From a virus: a stretch of DNA of 64,000 nucleotides. The translations under genes and the position numbers were made by a program. Numbering within the stretch: position 1 is the stretch's first letter; every line of letters begins with the position of its first letter. The DNA lies in the IMG/VR virus record IMGVR_UViG_3300045988_056908, positions 65,792-129,791 of that record; one strand, written 5' to 3'. Under the pieces are notes generated by a model. It was not told the DNA's origin. It saw only the letters and a program-made list of their open reading frames with translations, and did not search any database. This document shows positions 20,328 through 28,978 of this stretch, one piece after another.

Positions 20328-20824
20328 TGGACCTAACGGGAGTCGAACCCGTGTCCAAACAACCCTTATTACAAGGATAACGTGCGTCTCATTTTTATTA
20401 CATCAGCTGTTGAGTTCAGCATGTAGATAGTTTTACTAAGAAGCTGAGTGTTAATTCACCAATTACGTCTCCTCGTAAGGCTACGACTTAGTTGTTCACA
20501 AACTACCAAACTGGGCTTGACCGAACGGTCGCTCCACCACTCCATTTACGTTGGAGAACGTCTATTTGTAACCCATAGCTAGGTAGTGGAGATTTCAGCT
20601 TACTAACTCTTAGAGCGTTCGGTTAATGACGTTTGTCAATCCTCTTCTGTTTCTAGGTCTCTCCAGTAACCCGACTTGATTAATAGTGTCTATTAATAAG
20701 CCAGCAGCTTAGGCTGCCATTCTTACAGGTGCAATTTCTGCAGTTATTTGTTTTCGTCGTTTAAAGAGATTGCGCTCTACACGTCCTTATAATTTGTAAT
20801 CGCCTGTCAAATCCAAGTAGGCCC
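20328..20824 (-). ncRNA. ssrA: tmRNA (ssrA-like), about 497 nt
   Basis: 5' end GGGCCTACTTGGATTTGACAGG resembles E. coli tmRNA GGGGCTGATTCTGGATTCGACGGG. 3' end TTTGGACACGGGTTCGACTCCCGTTAGGTCCA resembles TTTCGGACGCGGGTTCAACTCCCGCCAGCTCCACCA. Acceptor pairs GGGCCTA with TAGGTCC, giving a G3:U70 alanine identity pair. Internal A-rich AAAUAACU GCA resume context. Candidate tag AEIAPVRMAA then TAA; alternative AISLNDENK. Confidence 0.7.
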
Positions 20825-20947
20825 ATATAAATAAAATAATTACTAGGTTTGTGTCTTTTTCACTGATTCCGTCACATTGAGGTTGGGGCTACCAACGTGT
20901 GTCCCTGGGCATTACTGTTTTCTTCAGCCAACTATGTAATTATTCTA

Positions 20948-21508
20948 TTAGAGTTTACACTGTTTAAGTATTTCTTTAGTTATTATTCCATCACTAGCAA
21001 GAGAATTTAATTTCTCTAAATCAAACTCACTAGGTTGGAACTTGAATTGAATCCAAGTTGGCTCGCTTGGTCTATAATCTAACCAAGATTCGCAGTCATC
21101 AGTTCCAAGAACTTCTCGTACCATAGCTAAAATGCGTTCTCCAGCAGCTTTAGTTTTTACGAATCCAGATAAATCGTAACCAACACCTCTAGAACGCCAA
21201 TATTCTCCTTCTTCTGGTCTAACGTCTTTAGGCTCCCAATGCCAAGGAGAAATACCTTTTCTAGGATGGTCTATTCTTATAGCTTCTTCCTTTACCCATT
21301 CAGAGTTTGGGTCAGACGGATTCTCTGGATAAGCTCCATACAAACACTTCATAGTAGGATTATCGCTCCTTACTTCAAAATGTATACCACAGTGCCTACA
21401 AGTACCAGAAGTTAAACCTCCTCCAGATACACAACTACCTTTAATGGCATCACAACCACAGTTGGGACAACCCCATTTTAGGTATTCGTCATAAAGTATT
21501 GATAACAT
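20948..21508 (-). CDS. hypothetical protein with N-terminal Zn-ribbon
   Basis: CPNCGC...CRHCG in a 186-aa ORF. Confidence 0.5.
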   Translation of the reverse strand: MLSILYDEYLKWGCPNCGCDAIKGSCVSGGGLTSGTCRHCGIHFEVRSDNPTMKCLYGAYPENPSDPNSEWVKEEAIRIDHPRKGISPWHWEPKDVRPEEGEYWRSRGVGYDLSGFVKTKAAGERILAMVREVLGTDDCESWLDYRPSEPTWIQFKFQPSEFDLEKLNSLASDGIITKEILKQCKL

Positions 21509-21804
21509 TATTTATTGAGTTTAAATTCCACTTCTTTTAGAACAACATACATTTTACCATCCTCTTTCTGTTCAACACAATTATTAGCTTGTAAAAAACT
21601 AATTATAAACTCCATAGGAATATGGTAACTATCAGTAACGAGCATACCACCATCAATATGATAGCGTTCTTTTCTTTCTAATCTAGTGGGATTACCGTTT
21701 ATAGTAATCTCACCAGAATATTCATTATCCTTATCTGGTTTTATCCCTTTTATATAAATAGAACATCCAGAATCAGCTAGATAAACTTGTTGTATTACAC
21801 TCAT
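21508..21804 (-). CDS. hypothetical protein
   Basis: 98-aa ORF. Confidence 0.45.
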   Translation of the reverse strand: MSVIQQVYLADSGCSIYIKGIKPDKDNEYSGEITINGNPTRLERKERYHIDGGMLVTDSYHIPMEFIISFLQANNCVEQKEDGKMYVVLKEVEFKLNK

Positions 21805-22226
21805 AACTTAGGAACATCAGAACGATTATCATGATAACCTTCGTCTCCAACAAGTTGAGCCAGACAACCATGCATATAAGGAACAAGCTCAGGTTTCTCC
21901 TTATAACACCTGTATAGCATCCAACTCATGCTCATAGAGTTTCCACTATGACCATTATCAAAGTAAGGAAGTTTGTCTTTGATAGCCTCAATCAGCTCAA
22001 ATAAGCTAGGATATTTCTCATAGAAGGCTTTACATTCCTCCAGACTCATTTCTTTGAAAAACTCAGAGAATGATAGGGCTTGCTTTATACAAGCCATTTC
22101 ATAACCAAATAGGTCATTTTCTTCAAATGTACCATCACCAGCTTCAACGAACAAACGATTGAAACGTTCGATTCTCTCCTGAAATTCTTTCGGAAGAGAT
22201 TCCTTTGTAAGATTCTTGAAATCCAT
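21801..22226 (-). CDS. hypothetical protein
   Basis: 141-aa ORF. Confidence 0.5.
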   Translation of the reverse strand: MDFKNLTKESLPKEFQERIERFNRLFVEAGDGTFEENDLFGYEMACIKQALSFSEFFKEMSLEECKAFYEKYPSLFELIEAIKDKLPYFDNGHSGNSMSMSWMLYRCYKEKPELVPYMHGCLAQLVGDEGYHDNRSDVPKL

Positions 22227-22258
22227 AATCTAATTTTAATTGTTAAAAATAACTTAGT

Positions 22259-22329
22259 AGCGGGAGTCGGATTCGAACCGACGACCTTCAGGTTATGAGC
22301 CTGACTAGCTACCTCTGCTATCATCCCGC
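22259..22329 (-). tRNA. tRNA-Met/Ile2(CAU)
   Basis: Anticodon stem TCAGG/CCTGA with loop CTCATAA; D-arm TAGCAGAGGTAGCTA; T-arm TCGGTTCGAATCCGA; acceptor has one non-canonical position. Confidence 0.7.
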
Positions 22330-22333
22330 GATA

Positions 22334-22519
22334 TTACAAATGCTTTTTAAATATTTCACAATGATTGTATTCACCTCCCCAACGTATGGGATATTCTTCT
22401 TCCTTGGCTTTCTTATAGCCTTCGGCTTCCTTTTTATCCAGAAATATCTGACACTCAGTTTTATAGTTCTGAGGCGCATTAGCTGGATGATGGTTCACTA
22501 CGACTACGTATACTTTCAT
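22334..22519 (-). CDS. small hypothetical protein
   Basis: 61-aa ORF between two tRNA genes. Confidence 0.4.
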   Translation of the reverse strand: MKVYVVVVNHHPANAPQNYKTECQIFLDKKEAEGYKKAKEEEYPIRWGGEYNHCEIFKKHL

Positions 22520-22537
22520 AATTATTTAATTTTGTTG

Positions 22538-22610
22538 TGGACACGCAGGGACTCGAACCCTATCTTCCGGTGTGCAAAACCAGCGCTCTAGCCATTTGAG
22601 CTAACGGCCC
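22538..22610 (-). tRNA. tRNA-Ala(UGC), with imperfect acceptor stem
   Basis: GGGCCGTTAGCTCAAATGGCTAGAGCG; anticodon stem CTGGT/ACCGG with loop TTTGCAC; T-arm TAGGGTTCGAGTCCCTG. G3:U70 is possible, but only 4 of 7 acceptor pairs form. Confidence 0.55.
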
Positions 22611-22874
22611 ATGTTTGAGATTTTCTTTTTAATTGGTGACATAACTCATAAATTTCCACTGTTAGGATTCCATAACCTAACATCACCAGATAAGTCTTTA
22701 ATTAGTTATATTCTGGATACATAAGTTTGTAACTATATATCTTTTAACGGCAACCATCCGTTTAACAATTCTCAAGTTCAGCTTGCCTATTATAACTACG
22801 CAGGGACTGGCTTCGACTTATTAGCATAAATGCTAACAGACCCCGACTGGATTTTTACCTTGCCAGGTTAGTAT

Positions 22875-23072
22875 TTACTTAATAATTACTTTCTTAGCGC
22901 TTTCTCTAGCTTTAGCTTGCCTAATCTTATAGTCTCTAACTACTTCCTTCATATGGGTATTAAATTCTTTCATGTCCTCCCATGATACAGGATTAGATAG
23001 TTTAGGCTTAGTAAATATGCTATAACTTTCTAGGCTTTTCATTTTCTTCTTTCTGTTTACGAGCCTTCTCAC
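22875..23072 (-). CDS. small basic hypothetical protein
   Basis: 65-aa ORF. Confidence 0.4.
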   Translation of the reverse strand: MRRLVNRKKKMKSLESYSIFTKPKLSNPVSWEDMKEFNTHMKEVVRDYKIRQAKARESAKKVIIK

Positions 23073-23309
23073 ACGCTTTCCGTCTCATTACGTATGGACA
23101 ATCACAGCACCCACTGGCAGGATTATACCAACAACAATAATCACATTGATGCATATCTAACAGCAAATTGTTTATTTCTCTTTGTTAATACTTTAATCGC
23201 TTCCCATATGTCTTTAATATCATTTGGAATTTCACCTTTCTTGTCCATCATATTCCTCTTTCTGCACTCTCTAGACACTTCCCTAAGAACTCGTCTTTTG
23301 ATAGTGGAG

Positions 23310-23675
23310 TTAACCTTCCTTATTTTCATACAAATCTAATTTTTCAAATCTAACAAAATGTCCACCGCCTTGTTGAGGCGGAAGTATCAAGTTTGGGAAG
23401 CGACTACTCCATAGTGCTAATCCAAGAGGAGACGTGCTTGTGAAAAACTCTCCAAGTTCCGATATAGGTTTTTTCAGTTCTCTAAGCTTTTCCGAAATTT
23501 CCTTATACCTTTTACTCTTTTTATTAATCCCACTTCGCTGTGCCTCTAACTCAGCTATATTATCTAATATAGGTTTGACAATAGACTTGTAGTCTTCCTG
23601 AGTTATTAACAGCTTAACTTGACTTATACCATTTGCATAAGTAAGTTTAAACTTTCCAATAGGTTGTACTATCAT
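23310..23675 (-). CDS. hypothetical protein
   Basis: 121-aa ORF. Confidence 0.45.
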   Translation of the reverse strand: MIVQPIGKFKLTYANGISQVKLLITQEDYKSIVKPILDNIAELEAQRSGINKKSKRYKEISEKLRELKKPISELGEFFTSTSPLGLALWSSRFPNLILPPQQGGGHFVRFEKLDLYENKEG

Positions 23676-23835
23676 ATCTAATTAATTAAAAGTTGGTGGA
23701 TGCTAGCCGTTTCTATTCCACCATTGCGTACTACAGTGCTAGCTACCGTCTAGACGACTCTCTTCCTCACATCGGTCTAGAGTTTGCTGGATTACTATTG
23801 CTTAGTTAAAAACTAAGGAGGGTTCAGCAAAAAGG

Positions 23836-23920
23836 CGTATGGTGCAGGATTCGAACCTGCGATGGGATTTCTCACGACGGGTTAACAGCCCGCTGCCGTC
23901 GGCCACTTGGCTAACCATAC
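23836..23920 (-). tRNA. type II (long variable arm) tRNA with anticodon GUU; Tyr-like architecture but reads Asn codons
   Basis: 85 nt. Acceptor GTATGGT/ACCATAC is perfect. Anticodon stem GCGGG/CCCGT with loop CTGTTAA. 16-nt variable region. T-arm GCAGGTTCGAATCCTGC. Confidence 0.6.
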
Positions 23921-24236
23921 ATATTATTTCCTCCCAGACATCTGTAAGTACCCCATTGGTACTTACCTTTTAATGATATTTTTACTCTTGTCCTCTGTAT
24001 GGAGGAGGTATTGTTCCAGACACTAACCAAGTGTAGTTCTTAGAACTCTGTTCAAAATACCATTTAGCAGCTTTCTTTACAACATTAATTACTTTCTTCA
24101 TAACATTAAAGTTTAAAATTGTTAATAATTAATCTAATAACAGAGCCACAAAAGGAGTTTAGTTGCGGAGGTAGGATTATTTCCAAATAAATTTATATGC
24201 AGTTTTCAATTTCCCTTTTACACATAAACTAATCTT

Positions 24237-24812
24237 CTAGCGAACACCTCCATTATAAGTTTTAGCATAGCCATTGTCTACTAACCAGTGTGCAGCATCG
24301 GCTATACTGTTCCAAGTCCTGATAAAGTTATTATTTAAATCATACTGAGATATTGATACAGGTTGCTTGCAACTTCCCAAATAAAATTTGTTCTTTGGTA
24401 TATTGTTTATATTTATTACTTTAGAAACTGTATCAACAGAACATTGCATTTTGGCGGAAACTTCAATCATTGTCATTCCGCTAGTATATAAAGATATTAT
24501 TTCTTTATAATCGAATAAGATAGCTCCATCGCCTCCCATAGTAGCATTATAGCCATTTGAGTATGTGTCTAGCTTATCTATAAATTGAATTTCATAAGAA
24601 GCTAATTCCTCATCATCACATTCATACAGCTACTCAACTATGAAATTCTCAACCCCGTACTTATTCATGGCATCGTACAACGGTCTCTTTTCACATCTTT
24701 CCTTCTTGCAATCATTACAATGTTCTTTAAATCTCTTAGTTACAGAATAAGTAGTTTTTCCAACATACTATTTTCCATTAATTAGATTTGTAATACAATA
24801 AATATATCCCAT
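24237..24812 (-). CDS. GIY-YIG homing endonuclease (paralogue of 14893-15336); needs 2 in-frame TAG codons read as sense
   Basis: MGYIYCITNLINGK(TAG)YVGKTTYSVTKRFKEHCNDCKKERCEKRPLYDAMNKYGVENFIVE(TAG)LYE...GYNATMGGDGAILFDY... continues into listed ORF 24237..24539. 576 nt, in frame. Confidence 0.75.
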
Positions 24813-24895
24813 GTTCTATTCTTATTTAAAATTAAACATATTAGTAAGATTAGCGTTATCCAACTCACACCACGTGGAGGTTCTTACTTGTGAGT

Positions 24896-24975
24896 CTTGC
24901 GGAGGTAGGATTCGAACCGTTTATGACGATTTCTAGGTTATGAGCCTAGCGAGATGACCACTTCTCTACTCCACG
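24896..24975 (-). pseudogene. degenerate tRNA-like element (intact CAU anticodon arm, defective T-stem and acceptor)
   Basis: CGTGGAGTAGAGAAGTGGTCATCTCGCTAGGCTCATAACCTAG...GGTTCGAATCC has no complementary T-stem 5' strand. The acceptor partner is displaced by about 35 nt. Confidence 0.3.
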
Positions 24976-25112
24976 ATATTGGTAGCTACTTTACATCCGC
25001 TACCCAGGGATGCCTCTATCACCAGTGAGGCACGGACTATTCTAACCGTATAGCACGACTGGTTGGTAACGTCTCCAGACACGGCATTTAGACTGAAAAT
25101 GTCGAAACAGTG

Positions 25113-25186
25113 ACTCGGTGGTCAGATTCGAACTGACGAACTAAGGATTTGCAGTCCTAGCCATTAAACCACTCTGGTACACCGAG
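25113..25186 (-). tRNA. tRNA-Cys(GCA)
   Basis: Acceptor CTCGGTG/CACCGAG; anticodon loop CTGCAAA; T-arm GTCAGTTCGAATCTGAC. Confidence 0.7.
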
Positions 25187-25191
25187 ATTTG

Positions 25192-25272
25192 TTCCGATTA
25201 AAGAATTTGAACCCCTGACCTCCCACCAATGCCTTATAGTTGTGGGCGCTCTGCCAACTGAGCTAAATCGGA
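25192..25272 (-). tRNA. aberrant 81-nt tRNA-like gene with an expanded (15-nt) anticodon loop containing a CUA triplet
   Basis: Perfect acceptor TCCGATT/AATCGGA. Canonical D-arm TAGCTCAGTTGGCAGAGC. Stem CCCAC/GTGGG enclosing AACTATAAGGCATTG. Weak T-arm AGGGGTTCAAATTCTTT. Confidence 0.4.
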
Positions 25273-25278
25273 ATATAG

Positions 25279-25350
25279 AGTAGGTAATGAGAATCGAACT
25301 CACATCCTCGGCAGGGCAAGCCGATGCACTAACCGTTGTGCTATACCTAC
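25279..25350 (-). tRNA. tRNA-Gly(GCC)
   Basis: Acceptor GTAGGTA/TACCTAC; anticodon stem TCGGC/GCCGA with loop TTGCCCT; T-arm GTGAGTTCGATTCTCAT. Confidence 0.75.
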
Positions 25351-25355
25351 AAATG

Positions 25356-25430
25356 TGCAGATAGAGAGACTCGAACTCTCCCCTCCAGATTGGAAGTCTG
25401 ACGTGCTCAAACCATTAACACCACATCTGC
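25356..25430 (-). tRNA. tRNA-Gly(UCC)
   Basis: Acceptor GCAGATG/TATCTGC; anticodon stem TCAGA/TCTGG with loop CTTCCAA; T-arm GAGAGTTCGAGTCTCTC. Confidence 0.7.
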
Positions 25431-25467
25431 ATAAGGAGAGTTATACGATACTCTCCTAAACGCTATC

Positions 25468-25809
25468 TTAAGATAGTAATTCCTGCGCCTCAATCTCGCC
25501 GATTATTTTAGTAACCGCAATCTTGAACGGATTTCCCTTAGTTTTGTCAAACAGATGTACATCACGTACCTCGTCAACCTTGTCAGGAACATTCACCTTT
25601 CTTTTCCCTCTTTCTATGGTCTTCCAAGTGATGACTTCGCACCGTTTCACGTCATAAACGCTATCGTTGCGGTCTACATAGACCTTGAAGAAGTTCTTCT
25701 TATGCTTCACAATCTCAACTCTTTTAAAGTTTTTGATGTTAGCATGAAATTTCAAATCGCATTTTCCGTTAGGTAAGAAAATCAATTCTGCCATAATGAT
25801 ACTCCGCAT
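25468..25809 (-). CDS. hypothetical protein
   Basis: 113-aa ORF. Confidence 0.45.
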   Translation of the reverse strand: MRSIIMAELIFLPNGKCDLKFHANIKNFKRVEIVKHKKNFFKVYVDRNDSVYDVKRCEVITWKTIERGKRKVNVPDKVDEVRDVHLFDKTKGNPFKIAVTKIIGEIEAQELLS

Positions 25810-25930
25810 AGTCGGAGATTCAAAGTTAAACTATGTTAATTCCAGTCTTTCGTCTGGCACTCCACCTCGTTTTAACCAATAGCTACTGTTCTTCACTACT
25901 TGAGCTAAGCTCTAAACTGGGATAAAGGTA

Positions 25931-26314
25931 TTATTCTATATAAATAAATGGTTTTCCAAATTCTTGCCTGAAAGACTCAAACCAGCCTTCCATTTCCTCA
26001 TCACTATCAAAATAGATAGACTCATCATGTCTCTCAGAGAACTCTAGAATAATATGCGGCTTCTGGTATACTATTCCATCCTTGTAGAAGGACGTTCTCT
26101 TACTAATTGATTCGAGCATCCCTTTCTCAGAGTAAGTCCCAAAGCATGGGTCTAGAAGATACCAATAGTCAATATGTCTTTTCCAGAATAAGAATTTAGT
26201 ATCTGCTATTTTATGCTCCCATTCTGGATGTTTTCTAGTTTTAAAAACTAGTATCCTCCTTATTAAATTTCCATTAATATATTTATCCATAATTAATCCC
26301 AATATTCTGGACAA
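25931..26314 (-). CDS. hypothetical protein
   Basis: 127-aa ORF. Confidence 0.45.
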   Translation of the reverse strand: MSRILGLIMDKYINGNLIRRILVFKTRKHPEWEHKIADTKFLFWKRHIDYWYLLDPCFGTYSEKGMLESISKRTSFYKDGIVYQKPHIILEFSERHDESIYFDSDEEMEGWFESFRQEFGKPFIYIE

Positions 26315-26709
26315 TCATCTGTCATTAATAATCCTTTCTCGCATAGACCTCCATCATAGAATATACATGATGAGCATGAAAGATTGTCTCTGGACTCATA
26401 TTCCTGAATACCTTCCTGAATATCTTTCTTAGCCTTATATCTATCTTTTCTATTCTCTTTCTTATATTCGTATTGCATCATCTTACTTCTGTAGGGAGAA
26501 GTGCAATTCTTAAGCATTTTGGCATACTTGGAATCATTAAGAAAATCCGTAATTGATTCACAAACTCTAACCGAACCGAAAGTAAATCGTGTTCTATAAT
26601 CTTTAATTCCTTTTATTGGAACATAAAATTCCTTATAAGAATTGTAGATTTTTTTAGCTCTAGAAATCCACTTTCTTTTAGAAAGCTCTCTTCTTAATTT
26701 TCTGTCCAT
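26293..26709 (-). CDS. hypothetical Cys-rich protein (start trimmed to the internal Met so it does not overlap the tRNA)
   Basis: Listed ORF 26293..26805 runs through tRNA-Cys. Internal start MDRKLRRELSK at about 26709. Confidence 0.45.
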   Translation of the reverse strand: MDRKLRRELSKRKWISRAKKIYNSYKEFYVPIKGIKDYRTRFTFGSVRVCESITDFLNDSKYAKMLKNCTSPYRSKMMQYEYKKENRKDRYKAKKDIQEGIQEYESRDNLSCSSCIFYDGGLCEKGLLMTDDCPEYWD

Positions 26710-26729
26710 AGGCAAATAAATTAGTGTAG

Positions 26730-26803
26730 AATCTGGAGTGGGATTCGAACCCACGAAACACGGTTTTGCAGACCGTTCCCTTAGACCACTCGGGCATCCA
26801 GAC
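26730..26803 (-). tRNA. tRNA-Cys(GCA), second copy, different sequence
   Basis: Acceptor GTCTGGA/TCCAGAT; anticodon stem ACGGT/ACCGT with loop CTGCAAA; T-arm GTGGGTTCGAATCCCAC. Confidence 0.65.
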
Positions 26804-26830
26804 ATAAAGGGGAGCTAGTCTCCCCAGTTT

Positions 26831-27571
26831 TTAAAGTACCAAAGAATCGTATCTTCCTGTACGATACAGAGATGGTTTACTGTTAGGATCTTTAATCCAA
26901 TAGTAGTTAATTTCGTTACCGTCCTTAGTAACAACAACATTCAACTTCTTGTCAATAGCGATAATCTCGTCATTGTAGAAGTCGTCTCCTACCTTAAGAT
27001 TGCTGAACTTGGTAGAAGAATAGATAAAGTTATATGACAGGCTGTGGAAGTTATGACGACGATACTCATAATATTCGTTGAGGGCTTTTCTTTCCTCTAT
27101 AGTACAATTATCCTCGTCATCAACAATAGGCTTAGGTATAGGATTATTAAATCTCTCAACAGCCTTGGAGAAGTTTTCAATAGAGAACTTATTCTTGTCT
27201 TGCTCAATTTCTCCAGTGTAAGCGTAACCTCTGATACAAGAATACTCATACTCATTAGTTACTACGTTGAAGAAACTCTTAGCCTTTTTCAAACCTTCAA
27301 TTCCATGAATGTTAACTTCATTAACTATAGTTTTGAGAATATCAATAGTTGATATGGTCAAAGAATCAATGAAGTCAAGCAAATCTTGACGTGCTTCTGG
27401 AACCTCCAAGGCATCGTCTAGATATTCGTTTACAACCTTCAAATCAAGATTTTCAAACTTCTTGACGTAGCGGATTCTGGACGGACGCCCTACCATATTC
27501 TCGTTGATAGACATTGCATTAGTAGTCAACAAGAATACCTTACGATACTTGGAGTTATAAACTCCATCCAT
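26831..27571 (-). CDS. AAA ATPase C-terminal part (Walker B, sensor 1, arginine finger); downstream half of a split gene
   Basis: Frame-extended upstream of the listed Met: CVLFLDEFEKNF...ILQIMDG...KVFLLTTNA...GRPSRIRY are classic AAA motifs. Confidence 0.6.
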   Translation of the reverse strand: MDGVYNSKYRKVFLLTTNAMSINENMVGRPSRIRYVKKFENLDLKVVNEYLDDALEVPEARQDLLDFIDSLTISTIDILKTIVNEVNIHGIEGLKKAKSFFNVVTNEYEYSCIRGYAYTGEIEQDKNKFSIENFSKAVERFNNPIPKPIVDDEDNCTIEERKALNEYYEYRRHNFHSLSYNFIYSSTKFSNLKVGDDFYNDEIIAIDKKLNVVVTKDGNEINYYWIKDPNSKPSLYRTGRYDSLVL

Positions 27572-27621
27572 AATTTGGAGGATTGTAGAATCCGATTCGC
27601 TGAAGTTCTTTTCAAACTCGT

Positions 27622-28242
27622 CTAGGAAGAGAACACAATCCCCTCAATGCCAGAGAGAAACTCAATCATAGATTGATTATGGTCTCCCATATCCTTTACG
27701 ATAATAACAGGAAGGTTCAACTTATTAGCTAATTCTTTAGCTGTGACAGTCTTTCCAGTACCTTTTGTACCAGTAAGCATGATTCCTAAGTTTCCTTCCG
27801 TGTTACTATAAGTTTTGATTACATGGTCTATGAAATCTTCCTGCAGTCCATACATCTTGTACGGAAATACGAACTTGTCTGCATACTTATCCAGGTGATA
27901 ACCTGTCATTGTCAGACAAATACTGTAGATTCCAACTGGGAGAGACTGCTCAACGCTATAGCCTGAGCTTACCTGGGTATATGTAGACCCAGAACACATC
28001 CAAACTTTGTTCATTTTTTCTTTTTCTAAGTTACTTAAAACAGATGCCTGTTTGAGACATCCTACTAATTGATTAGCTATAGATTCTATAGCTTCTTTGT
28101 TATCAGTTTCCTCTGAGAGTCTTTTTACAAACCACTCTTTAGAACGGGCAACTATTTGCTCATCAGTCTCATTTTCAGAGATTGTTTCAGCAAATTCATG
28201 GTAGATACTAGTCAGCTTACCTTCTAATTCTTCTACGGTCAT
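27622..28242 (-). CDS. AAA ATPase N-terminal part (Walker A); upstream half of a split gene
   Basis: IMLTGTKGTGKTVTAKELA P-loop about 40 aa before the ORF end. Terminates at TAG. The Walker B region follows in the -1 frame. Confidence 0.6.
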   Translation of the reverse strand: MTVEELEGKLTSIYHEFAETISENETDEQIVARSKEWFVKRLSEETDNKEAIESIANQLVGCLKQASVLSNLEKEKMNKVWMCSGSTYTQVSSGYSVEQSLPVGIYSICLTMTGYHLDKYADKFVFPYKMYGLQEDFIDHVIKTYSNTEGNLGIMLTGTKGTGKTVTAKELANKLNLPVIIVKDMGDHNQSMIEFLSGIEGIVFSS

Positions 28243-28429
28243 TAGTAATCCTCCTCGTTATGTTCATTAGTTATGAGAGAACGAGCCTTTTCTATGCCGG
28301 ATTTGTAAGCCTCTGTAACAAACACTATGGCAGTTTTTAGGTCCATTTGACCCATGGAATTGCCATTGTCTACCATTTCCTGAATAATTTCACTTAACTC
28401 TTTCATATTACTTAATAAATAAAAGTTGT

Positions 28430-28511
28430 AGGGTAGGAGGGACTCGAACCCTCACGCCTTGCGGCACTAGATCCTAAGTCTAGCGCGTCTACCAATTCCG
28501 CCACTACCCCA
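28430..28511 (-). tRNA. tRNA-Leu(UAG), type II
   Basis: Acceptor GGGGTAG/CTACCCT; anticodon stem CTAGA/TCTAG with loop CTTAGGA; variable arm TGCCGCAAGGCGT; T-arm GAGGGTTCGAGTCCCTC. Confidence 0.8.
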
Positions 28512-28515
28512 ACTG

Positions 28516-28977
28516 TTAGGTTGCTTTTATTTCTTTAGCAACCTTAACCATTTCGTTATATTTCTCTACTACCTTATTAAAGTCTTCTTCAGATATTTGA
28601 AAAACTTTGTGAGAGTTTCCATACCACTCTTCTTGACCAGGAAGCCACATTATATTAATATATCTCTTCTTTTCTAATTCCATATGTACCTTAGATGAAT
28701 CAATATAAACTGAATAGGCATCCTCTTCGATTCTACTACTTCGTGGATCTGTTGGGTCGGATGTAAGTCTGAAAAACATTGTTGACATACCATTGAAGTC
28801 TATCTTGAAACACTTTCCTATATAGCTTTTAAGTAGTGCTTTATGTCTATTGTCGCTGTCTACCTTCTCTTGGTGTCTCTTCCGTTCTTCTTCCTTAACA
28901 TATTCATTATACTCTCTTAGAGAGCTATCTGGATACTTGTCCAGATATTCTTCTATAGGACTCTTTCTTCCCCACAT
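28516..28977 (-). CDS. hypothetical protein
   Basis: 153-aa ORF. Confidence 0.5.
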   Translation of the reverse strand: MWGRKSPIEEYLDKYPDSSLREYNEYVKEEERKRHQEKVDSDNRHKALLKSYIGKCFKIDFNGMSTMFFRLTSDPTDPRSSRIEEDAYSVYIDSSKVHMELEKKRYINIMWLPGQEEWYGNSHKVFQISEEDFNKVVEKYNEMVKVAKEIKAT

Positions 28978-28978
28978 A

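Noticed and set aside
22085-22324. Listed 79-aa minus ORF
   Set aside because: Overlaps tRNA-Met(CAU) and is a translation artefact of the tRNA sequence.
24990-25080. Possible additional tRNA between the degenerate CAU element and tRNA-Cys
   Set aside because: No T-loop, and no acceptor/anticodon stems could be formed by hand.
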